From assembly GCA_963780185.1 (NCBI GenBank), contig CAWABA010000007.1, forward strand, positions 128,001 through 192,000: 64,000 bases of DNA, given 5' to 3'. The position numbers were made by a program, and so were the translations under genes. Position 1 is the first letter of the stretch, and each line of letters begins with the position of its first letter. This DNA is from Candidatus Bathyarchaeota archaeon. Its GTDB lineage: Archaea; Thermoproteota; Bathyarchaeia; Bathyarchaeales; Bathycorpusculaceae. This document shows positions 28,303-37,943 of this stretch, piece by piece. Under the pieces are notes generated by a model. It worked only from the letters and a program-made list of their open reading frames with translations. It had not been told where the DNA came from and made no database searches.

Positions 28303-29806
28303 CTGAGTTGCAGTTCTTTTTTATGAATGCTATGCGTTCGTCTGCAGCGCCGTACTTCTCAAGGTATTCGCCGTAGGTCACCAGTGCCTTCATCGCTCGG
28401 GCAGCAGCCTCAGGCGAAGAGTATGATGGAACGTTGAGTCTGTCGAAGCGTGAGCGGGTGTAGAGTGCCATTTCTGTTTCGCCGATATCGCACATAACGA
28501 TGGGTTTGTTGTATCTTGAGGCTATCATAACGATGCCGTCAATGTACTTCTCACGCAGTCCAGGCATATGATGGAGCCCAAGCAAGATTATGCCGTTAAT
28601 TTCTGGGTCCCGAAACATAACGTCCGCTGAGATAACGAATTGGTCATCAGTCACTGAGCCAGTAAGGTCAACGGGGTTTGATGTGGCGGAAATTTTGAGA
28701 ATTTGGTTAGTGTCTTTGAGCTGCTGGAACTCCGCCAGTATGTCGGGGGTGAATGTGTTGACGGTTAAGCCTAAAACCTCACATTCATCCACCGTCATGA
28801 CGCCAGGTCCACCTGCGTCGGTCAATATGCCCATGTTTCTCCCGACGGCTGGAGGCTGCATAGCGAGGGCTTTTCCCATGCCGAAGAAATCATCCATGTC
28901 CTGCGCCCTTATGACTCCAGATTGCTCGAAGGCGGCGTCGTAGATTTTGTCTGACCCAGCTATAGCGCCTGTGTGTGACGCTGCGGCTCGGGCGCCTGCG
29001 GAACTCCTTCCAGTTTTTATAACGACGACAGGTTTTTTGAGGGTTACTTTCTTTGCGATTTCCATGAATTCGCGCCCGTTCTTGACGTCTTCCAAGTACA
29101 TGAGCGTCACATGGGTTTCTTTGTCGTAGAGGAGGTAGTGAAGTATGTCTGATTCGTCTACGTCGCATTTGTTGCCGAAGCTAACGAATTTGCTTACACC
29201 CATCTGGCGACCTGTCAAGAAGTCAAGAGCTGCGGATCCGAAGGCGCCGCTTTGCGTAATCATCGCGATGTTGCCGGGCATCGGTCTTGGCGTCGCGACT
29301 ACTTCGTCGCCGGTGGTGAGGGTTTTGGTTTCGGGAAGGAAAAGGGTGTCGATGCCTGTTTTTGAATAGTAGACTCCGAGGCAGTTAGGTCCTAGGACGC
29401 GTATTCCGCCTTTCTTTGCGATTGCGACCACTTGCTCCTCAAGCGCTACGTTCCCAACTTCCTTGAAGCCAGCGCTGATTATGACGCAGGCTTTGACTTT
29501 TTTTGCGATGGCTTCCTCCATTACGCTCGGAACAACCGTTGCTGGAACGATGATGACGATTAAATCCACGTCGCCTGGAACGTCGCTTAAGCTTTTGAAA
29601 CATTTGAAGCCTAAGATTGAATCTTCGTTTGGATTAACTGGGTAAAGCTGTCCTTTGTAGACGCCACGTAGTTTGCTTGTTGAGAAGTTCTTGAAGATAA
29701 CGTGCCCTGCTTTATCGACTTTTTTTGTGGCGCCGATGACTGCCACTGTTTGAGGATTAAAGAAAGCATCCAACTTCCTTAATGCTTCTTCCATGTCACT
29801 TTTCAC
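28292..29806 (-). CDS. acdA: ADP-forming acetate/acyl-CoA ligase alpha subunit
   Basis: AVIGAT, YPVNP, GPNCLG, TQSGA, AAASHTG phospho-His, NPVDLTG. Confidence 0.9.
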   Translation of the reverse strand: MKSDMEEALRKLDAFFNPQTVAVIGATKKVDKAGHVIFKNFSTSKLRGVYKGQLYPVNPNEDSILGFKCFKSLSDVPGDVDLIVIIVPATVVPSVMEEAIAKKVKACVIISAGFKEVGNVALEEQVVAIAKKGGIRVLGPNCLGVYYSKTGIDTLFLPETKTLTTGDEVVATPRPMPGNIAMITQSGAFGSAALDFLTGRQMGVSKFVSFGNKCDVDESDILHYLLYDKETHVTLMYLEDVKNGREFMEIAKKVTLKKPVVVIKTGRSSAGARAAASHTGAIAGSDKIYDAAFEQSGVIRAQDMDDFFGMGKALAMQPPAVGRNMGILTDAGGPGVMTVDECEVLGLTVNTFTPDILAEFQQLKDTNQILKISATSNPVDLTGSVTDDQFVISADVMFRDPEINGIILLGLHHMPGLREKYIDGIVMIASRYNKPIVMCDIGETEMALYTRSRFDRLNVPSYSSPEAAARAMKALVTYGEYLEKYGAADERIAFIKKNCNSVTQ

Positions 29807-29896
29807 CTTGTACCTGTACCGTATGTTGCCTCTGAAGTCTTGTTTTTATCTGTTACTCTTCTAAAATCAGGTTTTCTACTACAACATTATCGGTGC

Positions 29897-30757
29897 TCAT
29901 CTATTAACCTTCTTTACTACGCTTTTCCTAACGACGACCAGTGGCTTATGCTTGATTTTTGACAGCATCTCCCAGCTTACCCCGTTTACATCCACTTGAA
30001 ACCTGGAAGCCATATCCCAAACCGTCGCGCCTGAACCCGCACCCCTGGCTCTGTCAGCTATGTTGGTAATCGTCAACGCTTGACTGGCGTCAAGACTGCA
30101 ACCGGCGACCGCCAAAGGCGTCGAGCTTTTCTTGAGCTTAAGGACCCTGCCAATAACATAGGCTACAAGGCCGCCGAAAGAGTATATCCCCTTCATCGGT
30201 TTCGGTCTTGGCGTAAAAAAGAAGTTTCTGAACCTGTAAGTTTTGTCAGTATCAGCCACAACCACGCAGACGTTTCGCTTCAGCTTCAAAAGTATCCGCC
30301 GCTGGATTTCATCCGCCACCGCATCGGCGTTTTCTAAAGGCAAAGACACGTAGGCATAGGGGAGGTTGGAGCCATCGATTCCGCCTTCAGACCCAAACAT
30401 AAGCGCCTGCAAAACACCCGTCTGCTCCAGCGTCAACTGTTTATGTCGGCTGCCTGATTCAAACGGATAATTCCTCAGCCTAACCAACAGTCGCTGCCCA
30501 AAATGGCACATTACGCCGACGGGGTACCCCCAGGCAATTCGCATCCAAAAACGAGCTAAAACCTTGGCGGCTAAGGTGGGTTTCACGGTTTGTTCGTCTG
30601 CAATGTTGCCTTTTGCCGTTGAAACTGCCTTTTCGGAGATGACTACGAAGTCGTCGTTTTCAAGTTTCCCATCTAAAGCCTCGATTACCTTTGCGACGTA
30701 ATCGTCTTTGGGTTTCCAGTAACTGGTACAGACCGCCAGGGCGTAGTACTTAACCAT
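29897..30757 (-). CDS. CofE-like (F420:gamma-glutamyl ligase family) protein
   Basis: DFVVISEKAVS, GGIDGSN, VVADTD motifs. Confidence 0.7.
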   Translation of the reverse strand: MVKYYALAVCTSYWKPKDDYVAKVIEALDGKLENDDFVVISEKAVSTAKGNIADEQTVKPTLAAKVLARFWMRIAWGYPVGVMCHFGQRLLVRLRNYPFESGSRHKQLTLEQTGVLQALMFGSEGGIDGSNLPYAYVSLPLENADAVADEIQRRILLKLKRNVCVVVADTDKTYRFRNFFFTPRPKPMKGIYSFGGLVAYVIGRVLKLKKSSTPLAVAGCSLDASQALTITNIADRARGAGSGATVWDMASRFQVDVNGVSWEMLSKIKHKPLVVVRKSVVKKVNR

Positions 30758-30963
30758 CGGCTCGGCACGTTCACAATGCAGTTCCAACTCACACTTAATA
30801 AAATGTCTTGTCTCAAACCCCCCAAAAACCCAATTGCCACATTCTTTAGTTAGGTCGCCGTCAGCTTCCGAGATGCCACCCTCTTTTTTTGCCCTTAACG
30901 TAGGAAAATCTTAAAACCCAAGAAAACAAGCTTTGAAGCAAAAAATGGGGCATTTAGTGAAGC

Positions 30964-31698
30964 ATGGGGCAATACGGAAAAATCGTAATTTACATGATGC
31001 ATGATTACCCGTTCGTCTACGAGTTGTTGGGGAGTGCAGCTGGGTCTCTGCTCAAAGTGAGGGCGCATGGAACCGTAAAGACAGAGGAGCTAATCGGCGT
31101 AATCTCCAACGTTTTTGCCCCCTTGAAGCCGCTGGGCTGGTCGATTAGTCTTCAGCAGGTTAAGCGGGAAATAGTTACTTTGCTGTCGATTCTTCGAAGA
31201 GAAAATGTTCATTCGATGATGGAGATTGGCACTCGGAATGGGGGAACGCTGTTTCTTTTCAGCTGGACGTTGCCGTCCGACGCGAAAATGCTTAGTTTAG
31301 ATTTACCCAGTGAACAGTCGATTAAACGTGGTTACGACCGCTTCAAGACATCTTACCTATCTAACTTTATCCAGAAAAGCCAACAGTTGACGCTTGTGAG
31401 AGGCGACTCCCACAGCCCCACGAGCTTTGCGAAAGTAAAATCTGCTTTGAAGGGGGAGCTGGATTTTCTTTTTATCGACGGCGACCACACGTATGAGGGA
31501 GTCAAAAAAGACTTTGAAATGTACAGTCCGCTGGTGCGAAGAGGCGGCTTGGTCGCGTTTCATGACATCTGTGGTCACCACCTCGGCGTCAGCGAAGTAG
31601 ACCGATACTGGGCAGAAATAAAAAACAGCTATCGCCACACCGAAATCATTGAAGACCCCCAACAAAAATGGGCAGGCATCGGACTACTCTACGTCTAA
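30964..31698 (+). CDS. Class I SAM-dependent methyltransferase (Methyltransf_24-like)
   Basis: MEIGTRNGGT, FIDGDHTYEGV..D, GGLVAFHD. Confidence 0.85.
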   Translation: MGQYGKIVIYMMHDYPFVYELLGSAAGSLLKVRAHGTVKTEELIGVISNVFAPLKPLGWSISLQQVKREIVTLLSILRRENVHSMMEIGTRNGGTLFLFSWTLPSDAKMLSLDLPSEQSIKRGYDRFKTSYLSNFIQKSQQLTLVRGDSHSPTSFAKVKSALKGELDFLFIDGDHTYEGVKKDFEMYSPLVRRGGLVAFHDICGHHLGVSEVDRYWAEIKNSYRHTEIIEDPQQKWAGIGLLYV

Positions 31699-31717
31699 CG
31701 AAAGTCCTCAGGATCTT

Positions 31718-32773
31718 TTAGAACAGGGCGTAGGGGTACCGTAGGTTGTTTTGGTATAGTTTGCCTTTTATGGGGATTGCTTGTCCGCAGACGGGGCATT
31801 TCATGTCGGCTGTGAGTTTCCATTGTGTTATGTCGTAGCCTTCGCGTCTGATTATTGCTTCGTCGCAGTTGGGGCAGTAAGTGTTTTCGGATGCGTGACC
31901 TGGCACGTTGCCGAGGTAAACGTAGTTTAACCCTGCGTGTTTTGCGGTCATGTAGGCTTTCTCCATGTCTTGAATGTCTGTCGCCGGAACCGTGGTCAGC
32001 TTGTAGTCGGGGTGGAACCGCAGAAGATGAAACGGCGTGTCCGCGCCTAAATAATCTTTAATCCAGGTTGCCATTTGAAAAATTCTGGTCATGGAGTCCC
32101 CGATTTTCGGCACGACCAGATTGGTGATTTCGATGTGGACGCCGCCGAGTTTGAGTTCTTTTAGGGTTTCGTAGATGTGCTCCACGTTTGGCACTGCCAT
32201 AACGGATTTGTAGAAGTCTGGGTCGCCGCCGCCTTTGAAATCCACCGTTGCTGCATCCAGATACGGCGAGATGGTTCGTACAGCTTCGGGGGTCATGTAG
32301 CCGTTGGTTACAAACGTGTTGAATAAGCCTGCTTGGTGCGCTAGCTTTGCGGTGTCGTAGGCGTACTCCATAAAGATGGTTGGCTCCGTGTACGTGTAGC
32401 TTATGCCTTGGCACTGGCTATCCAACGCCGATTTGACGACTTCTTCAGGCGGGAACGGTTTGCCCGCGACTTCCCTGTCTTGGCTTATCATCCAGTTGTC
32501 GCAGAATTGGCAGCGAAAATTGCAGCCCGCCGCAGCAACCGACATGACCAGCGCTCCTGGGTTGAAATGCGAAAGCGGTTTTTTGCTGATGGGGTCAACG
32601 CCCGCCGACACTGCCTTGGCGTAGTTGAGCGTGTAGAGGACGCCGCCTTGGTTTCTCCTCACCAGACAGAACCCAGTTGAATCTTCACTTATTACGCAGC
32701 GTCTGGCGCACAGGCAACATTTTACTTTGCTTTCTTCCTGCTTCTCATAAAGCATAGCTTCATGAAGCGACAT
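31718..32773 (-). CDS. amrS: AmmeMemoRadiSam system radical SAM enzyme
   Basis: CCLCARRC, DPISKKPL.HF, GCNFRCQFCDN, YTYTEP, T.CPNC. Confidence 0.9.
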   Translation of the reverse strand: MSLHEAMLYEKQEESKVKCCLCARRCVISEDSTGFCLVRRNQGGVLYTLNYAKAVSAGVDPISKKPLSHFNPGALVMSVAAAGCNFRCQFCDNWMISQDREVAGKPFPPEEVVKSALDSQCQGISYTYTEPTIFMEYAYDTAKLAHQAGLFNTFVTNGYMTPEAVRTISPYLDAATVDFKGGGDPDFYKSVMAVPNVEHIYETLKELKLGGVHIEITNLVVPKIGDSMTRIFQMATWIKDYLGADTPFHLLRFHPDYKLTTVPATDIQDMEKAYMTAKHAGLNYVYLGNVPGHASENTYCPNCDEAIIRREGYDITQWKLTADMKCPVCGQAIPIKGKLYQNNLRYPYALF

Positions 32774-32882
32774 ACAACTCACTTATCCTCAAACAATAGA
32801 ACTGCGGTTTTGTTTAAAAGCATTAACTACAAGAGGTTGCTACGAAAAAAGGGAGCCCAGCGATTTCTTAATTGCTGAGTGT

Positions 32883-33428
32883 TTAATAGAAATCGGTTTC
32901 GAGATTCTTTTTGAACAATGCTTTTTCCACAATTCTTACATCAAGCTGGTGCTGGGTAGCTATTTTTCTAACTTCCCATAACAGTTTTACATAATTTTTT
33001 GCAGCGAATAAGTTACTAGGCTCCTTGCCGAAAAGCTCTCTCCAAATATGGATGTCGAAAACACAATAGTTTTTTGGATCATAAAAAGTCAAAATAGTGC
33101 TTGCTAAAGCGGGACCTACTCCGTCAAGGTCGCACAGATTCTCAATTTTATAGGAGTCTGAAGTGCGTCCTGATTCAAAGAGCTTACTGGAAACTTTTTT
33201 GAATTTCTCATCGTCATTTTTCTCAATAAGCCCGAGGACTCTTATTCTCCTGCCTTTTAGTTCTTTAAACTTCCATTCGACTACTTGGATAAGATCTTCC
33301 TTGGTTAGTTTCCTTGTTCTCCGCAGTTTATCGCCTAATTCTTTTTCTTTCTGAGTCCACCAAGGATGTTCAGTATCATATCTCTTGTTCCATTGAAGCA
33401 ATTCTTCCTTGTTCAACTTTCTCCCCAC
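32883..33428 (-). CDS. Helix-hairpin-helix DNA glycosylase-like protein
   Basis: LCDLDGVGPALASTIL...VFD HhH-like motif. Confidence 0.6.
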   Translation of the reverse strand: MGRKLNKEELLQWNKRYDTEHPWWTQKEKELGDKLRRTRKLTKEDLIQVVEWKFKELKGRRIRVLGLIEKNDDEKFKKVSSKLFESGRTSDSYKIENLCDLDGVGPALASTILTFYDPKNYCVFDIHIWRELFGKEPSNLFAAKNYVKLLWEVRKIATQHQLDVRIVEKALFKKNLETDFY

Positions 33429-33434
33429 TCAAGT

Positions 33435-34142
33435 TTAAATGTCTTCAAATTCAAATCTCGCCAAGTATTTTTTGAGTTTTAGCCGCGGTATCTCGGTCAC
33501 CGCATATTTTAGTCGCTCATCAAAATCATCGGCAACAATAATCCCGCGCACCTCACGCTCATTAGCCAAGTTCTTCCGTATATAGCTCATATAGCCGAGA
33601 ATTTGTCCGATTACGTGATCTATTGCTTTTCCAACTTTTAATTCAATAACCACAAAAGACCCGGTTTTGTCCACAGCAAGCAAATCTATTCGTCCAACAT
33701 CCGTAGAATATTGTCGTCCGTTTTTTCCATCACCCGAATAAATTTTGAGTCCTTCTTCTATTTGCTCCAGATTTCTTGAAATGTACTCTTCGAGGTCTTT
33801 TTCAAGACCGAAAGTTACTTGATCTGAATCCTCGCCATCGTTTTCCTCTTCATCCTGTGGCCCATCACCAACCAAATGTCCTTTGACATATTTGCCGTGT
33901 TTCGCGCTATCGTACAGTTCGTATCTTCTTTGGCCATGGTCAAAAAGAAATTTTGGCATTGACGCGTGTTGAGTGTAGGCTGGTGGATTGTTTACACTGC
34001 AACCGTATAAGTGAGCATTTAGCGCGCTTTCCTTCCACTTATCAGGGTACCTCTGATTTATAATTTGGATAACTTCCCTCGCGGACATTGTTCTATTAAA
34101 TTCAGAAAATATCTCTTTCAGAGCTTCACTAATGGTAGTCAT
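33435..34142 (-). CDS. NucS/EndoMS-type PD-(D/E)XK endonuclease domain with N-terminal wHTH-like domain
   Basis: EKDLE...GRIDLLA...VIELK...GQILGY. Confidence 0.8.
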   Translation of the reverse strand: MTTISEALKEIFSEFNRTMSAREVIQIINQRYPDKWKESALNAHLYGCSVNNPPAYTQHASMPKFLFDHGQRRYELYDSAKHGKYVKGHLVGDGPQDEEENDGEDSDQVTFGLEKDLEEYISRNLEQIEEGLKIYSGDGKNGRQYSTDVGRIDLLAVDKTGSFVVIELKVGKAIDHVIGQILGYMSYIRKNLANEREVRGIIVADDFDERLKYAVTEIPRLKLKKYLARFEFEDI

Positions 34143-34530
34143 TTTCGCACCCAGTGTTGCTAACTTGGAGTTCAGAGTTTTTACCCCTTTCCAAGCAAAA
34201 TATATTTTTTCGATAGATGACGCGCATCTCTTTTTTTACATCGTCAATTACATACGGGTGCAAACTGCTAAATATTCCAAGGTCAACTTTGCGTTTGAAT
34301 ATCCTGCTTAGTTCATGTTCTATATGGATCAGGTCTAAGAGGCTTTTTTCTTTGCACGGGTCGAATTCAATGGCGATATCAAGGTCGCTTCCTCGGTGTT
34401 GCTCGCCTCGGACATAAGACCCGAACACTGCCAAAAATACAATGTCGTTTCCTTTGCAAATCTCCGATAGCTTCCCCTCCAACCCCTTCCTTTTTAGTGC
34501 TTCAGGCAGCTTTTGAACTTGAATTTCCAT
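34129..34530 (-). CDS. MNT nucleotidyltransferase antitoxin (orphan, no adjacent HEPN)
   Basis: VFGSYVRGE...SDLD, SLLDL...KVDL. Confidence 0.8.
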   Translation of the reverse strand: MEIQVQKLPEALKRKGLEGKLSEICKGNDIVFLAVFGSYVRGEQHRGSDLDIAIEFDPCKEKSLLDLIHIEHELSRIFKRKVDLGIFSSLHPYVIDDVKKEMRVIYRKNIFCLERGKNSELQVSNTGCENDYH

Positions 34531-34651
34531 AACTCTCTATTACGAATTGTATAGACTTAAGTCTTTTCTGAATTTTTCAGCTGTCTATTCGTTGCTTAGA
34601 AAAAGCATTTTAGGGTTGCTGGCAAATTATCCTTTGTCGGTTGTGCCAAAG

Positions 34652-34880
34652 ATGGGCAAATATACAACTATCTCGGTTCCCGTGGAAGTTAAAGAGCAAT
34701 TAAAAATCTTAAAGGGAAATAAAACATGGAGCTGTTTTCTTCTTGAGTCAGCTTCTGAGTGGCACAAGCTTAGGGGCAAGACAGCTTTTCAGGAGTCTGC
34801 GAAGGCTTCTCTCCGACGAGGACCTTGAAGCGATGCGTGAATCAAGCAAGGAATTTGGGGAGAATTTTGCTCTCCGATAA
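34652..34880 (+). pseudogene. Frameshifted VapB-like (RHH) antitoxin remnant
   Basis: MGKYTTISVPVEVKEQL...; continues in another frame as LLSDEDLEAMRESSKEFGENFALR*; no PIN partner. Confidence 0.55.
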
Positions 34881-34889
34881 AATCCGATT

Positions 34890-35225
34890 TTACATCAGTT
34901 TGTTGTAGAAGCAGCTGTGTTGTCCTGTGTGGCATGCGGGTCCCGTTTGCTCTACCATGTAGAGGAGTGCGTCGTAGTCGCAGTCGGTTGAGACGGAGAT
35001 GATTTTTTGGGTGTGTCCTGAGGTTTCGCCTTTGATCCAAAGTTCGTTTCGGCTGCGGCTCCAATATGTGGCTTTGCCTGTTTTTAGCGTGTGCTCGACG
35101 GCTTGGCGGTTGGCGTATGCTTGCATTAGGATGTCTTTGGTTTTGGCGTCTTGCACCACGACGGGGATGAGTCCGTTGCCTTTCTTGAAATCCAACTTGT
35201 CAATCAAGTCTTGATTTGTTGTCAT
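34890..35225 (-). CDS. hisI: Phosphoribosyl-AMP cyclohydrolase
   Basis: WSRSR..LW.KGETSG, DCDYD, ACHTG..SCF. Confidence 0.95.
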   Translation of the reverse strand: MTTNQDLIDKLDFKKGNGLIPVVVQDAKTKDILMQAYANRQAVEHTLKTGKATYWSRSRNELWIKGETSGHTQKIISVSTDCDYDALLYMVEQTGPACHTGQHSCFYNKLM

Positions 35226-36025
35226 TGTCGAATAGTCACCCCCATCTTACGCAAGTAATCCTTCACAACAGGCACAGGGTACTCGTTATAGTGAAAAATC
35301 GAAGCTGCCAAGGCAGCGTCAGCCTTGCCTTCGGTGAAGACTTCGAACAAGTGCTGTGGTGTTCCGGCGCCGCCGCTTGCGATAATTGGAACGTTGACGC
35401 GTTCTGAGATGGCTCGGGTTAACTCGATGTCGTAGCCGTCTTTTGTGCCGTCCCGATCCATCGAAGTCACCAAGAACTCGCCTGCTCCAAGACGCTCAGC
35501 CTGCAACGCCCACGCCAAAGCGTCGATTCCCGTGGGTTTCCTGCCCCCGTAAGTCACCACTTCAAACCAGACTTTGCCTTCGGCTGTGTCAACAAAGGTT
35601 TTGCCGTCGCTCGGCGCGCGGTTTCTTTTGGCGTCGATGGCGGTGACTACGCATTGCCTGCCGAAAACATCGGCTAATTCAGTAATTAACTTGGGGTTTT
35701 CGACTGCTGCGGTGTTGACTGAGACTTTGTCGGCGCCGCTGCAGAGCACGAGTCTGGCGTCTGCGACGTTGCGGATTCCGCCGCCTACAGTGAAGGGGAT
35801 GCTGATTGCTTTCGCCACGCCTTCGACGACTCCGCGCAGGATGTCGCGTTTCTCGGAGGATGCGGTTATGTCTAGGAAAACCAGTTCGTCTGCGCCGTCG
35901 TCAGAGTAGCGTTTAGCCATCTCCACTGGGTCGCCTGCCCGCTTCGGGTTGACGAAGTTTATGCATTTCACTACTTTTCCGTGGTCAACATCAAGGCATG
36001 GAACGATACGTTTGGCAAGCGGCAT
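35222..36025 (-). CDS. hisF: Imidazole glycerol phosphate synthase cyclase subunit
   Basis: [30 protein letters not shown]. Confidence 0.95.
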   Translation of the reverse strand: MPLAKRIVPCLDVDHGKVVKCINFVNPKRAGDPVEMAKRYSDDGADELVFLDITASSEKRDILRGVVEGVAKAISIPFTVGGGIRNVADARLVLCSGADKVSVNTAAVENPKLITELADVFGRQCVVTAIDAKRNRAPSDGKTFVDTAEGKVWFEVVTYGGRKPTGIDALAWALQAERLGAGEFLVTSMDRDGTKDGYDIELTRAISERVNVPIIASGGAGTPQHLFEVFTEGKADAALAASIFHYNEYPVPVVKDYLRKMGVTIRQ

Positions 36026-36028
36026 CTT

Positions 36029-36763
36029 TTAGGCTCCTATTTTTTGTGTGGCTTCTTTTAAGGTGAATCTGCCTTCATAAAGGGCTTTCCCGATGACTGC
36101 GCCCTCTACCCCGATGTCTTTGAGAGCGGCTAAATCGCCTATGCTGCCGATTCCGCCTGCCGCAATGATTTTGGCGTTGGGGTACAGGGTGGCTTGGCTA
36201 AGAGTTTGCAGGTCTGGACCGCTCATCATGCCGTCTTGGGCAATAGACGTTATCAGAAAGTGACGAACGCCCATAGCAGTGTATTTTTCAAGCGCTTCAT
36301 CCACGGTCATGGTAGTTGCGGTTTTCCACCCCTCAACCATGATAAGCCCCTCCTTATTGTCTAAAGCAACGATAACTGAGTCGAAGCCAAATTTTCTTTG
36401 GATTTTGCTGACAGCTGAAGGGTCACTAAATGCTAAGGCGCCGAGGATAACTTGGGTTATGCCAGTTTGGAAAAGTTTCTCCGCTGCTTCGTAGCTGCGT
36501 ATTCCGCCGCCGACTTGAATCGGCAATTTCACATTTTTCGCAACTTCAGCGATGACTTCGTGGTTGTCGCCCAAGGAAAATGCTGCATCCAAATCGATAA
36601 TGTGCAGTTTGCCGGCGCCTTCATCCCGCCAACGCTTCGCGGCTTCAACAGGTGTACCGAATTCGGTATCGTAGAATTTGGCGGTTTTCGCTTCGCCCCT
36701 TGTGAGCCGAACTATTTTGCTATTCATTAAATCTAATGCTGGAATCAACTGCAAATTGTTCAC
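36029..36763 (-). CDS. hisA: ProFAR isomerase
   Basis: IPALDL, LHIIDLD, QVGGGIR, GKALYEG. Confidence 0.95.
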   Translation of the reverse strand: MNNLQLIPALDLMNSKIVRLTRGEAKTAKFYDTEFGTPVEAAKRWRDEGAGKLHIIDLDAAFSLGDNHEVIAEVAKNVKLPIQVGGGIRSYEAAEKLFQTGITQVILGALAFSDPSAVSKIQRKFGFDSVIVALDNKEGLIMVEGWKTATTMTVDEALEKYTAMGVRHFLITSIAQDGMMSGPDLQTLSQATLYPNAKIIAAGGIGSIGDLAALKDIGVEGAVIGKALYEGRFTLKEATQKIGA

Positions 36764-37365
36764 CTGACCACTGTTTTGGCGAAGTTTTTGAGGATTTGCA
36801 AGCCGAGGTCGCCTGATTTTTCTGGGTGAAACTGGGTGCCGTAGATGTTTTTGCTGGCGACTGCTGAAGTAAAGGTAGTGCCATACTCGGTTTGCGTTAT
36901 CACTATCGACTTGTCGGTTGGCACTGGGTAGAGTGAGTGTACAAAATAGACGTATGAGCCTTCGGCTACGCCGTCGAAAAGCTCGTTTTGCCTGATGATG
37001 TTGAGGGTGTTCCAGCCCATGTGCGGCACCTTAACTGTGTTAAGCAACTGCACCGTTTTGCCTTTGAAAAGCGCCAAGCCTTTACCGGGTCCTTCTGCGC
37101 TGCTCTCAAAGAAAAGCTGCAGACCAAGGCAGATGCCGATCAGCGGCGTTCCATCTTCAACTTTGCTTCTGAGGGTTTCTTTGACTTCGTTGAGTTTCTT
37201 TGCTGCAGGTGTAAAGGCTCCGACTCCGGGCAAAGCGATGGCGTCTGCTTTGGCTAAATCTTTCGCAGAGGTGCCAATGGCTGTTTCTAACCCTGCTTTT
37301 TCCAGCGCGGTCTTCAGGCTGAGCAGGTTGCCGACGCCGTAGTCGAAAATTACTGCTTTCGCCAC
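36760..37365 (-). CDS. hisH: IGP synthase glutaminase subunit
   Basis: DYGVGN, PGVGAF, GICLG, PHMGWN, QFHPEKS. Confidence 0.95.
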   Translation of the reverse strand: MAKAVIFDYGVGNLLSLKTALEKAGLETAIGTSAKDLAKADAIALPGVGAFTPAAKKLNEVKETLRSKVEDGTPLIGICLGLQLFFESSAEGPGKGLALFKGKTVQLLNTVKVPHMGWNTLNIIRQNELFDGVAEGSYVYFVHSLYPVPTDKSIVITQTEYGTTFTSAVASKNIYGTQFHPEKSGDLGLQILKNFAKTVVR

Positions 37366-37367
37366 GG

Positions 37368-37943
37368 CTACATGGCTCCTTTTGAGCTTGGGACGCCTTT
37401 GCGTCTCGGGTCCAAAGCGACCGCTTGGCGCAGGGATAGGGCGAGGGCTTTGACTGCTGCTTCTGCTTTGTGGTGGTCGTTGCTGCCGTATTCGACGTAG
37501 ACGTGGACGTTTGACCCAAGGGAGGTCGCGAATGATTCGAAGAAGTGGACTATGTCTTCTGTTGGCATGTTCTCCACTTTTTTGCCTCTTAGTTTTAGGT
37601 CAATCTTGAAGTAGGGTCGCTTGACGAGGTCTACGGCTGCAAACGCCAAAGAGCAATCCATCGGTGCCGCCGCGTTGCCGAATCGCACGATGCCTTCCCG
37701 CGTGCCCAAGGCCTTGTTGAGCGCTTCGCCGAGTCCTATGGCTAGGTCTTCGACGCAGTGGTGCACCAAATCGCCCTTAACGGATGCGTTTATGTCGATT
37801 AGGCTGTGGGTGGCAAGAGAGGTCAACATGTGGTCGAGGAACGGCACGCCCGTGGCAACTGAGGCTTTTCCTTCCCCGTCAAGATTCAACCTCACATGAA
37901 CCTCTGTTTCTTTGGTTTTACGTACAACTTCTTCTGTCCTCAT
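37368..37943 (-). CDS. hisB: Imidazoleglycerol-phosphate dehydratase
   Basis: RKTKET, FLDHML, HHCVED, NDHHKAEA. Confidence 0.95.
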   Translation of the reverse strand: MRTEEVVRKTKETEVHVRLNLDGEGKASVATGVPFLDHMLTSLATHSLIDINASVKGDLVHHCVEDLAIGLGEALNKALGTREGIVRFGNAAAPMDCSLAFAAVDLVKRPYFKIDLKLRGKKVENMPTEDIVHFFESFATSLGSNVHVYVEYGSNDHHKAEAAVKALALSLRQAVALDPRRKGVPSSKGAM

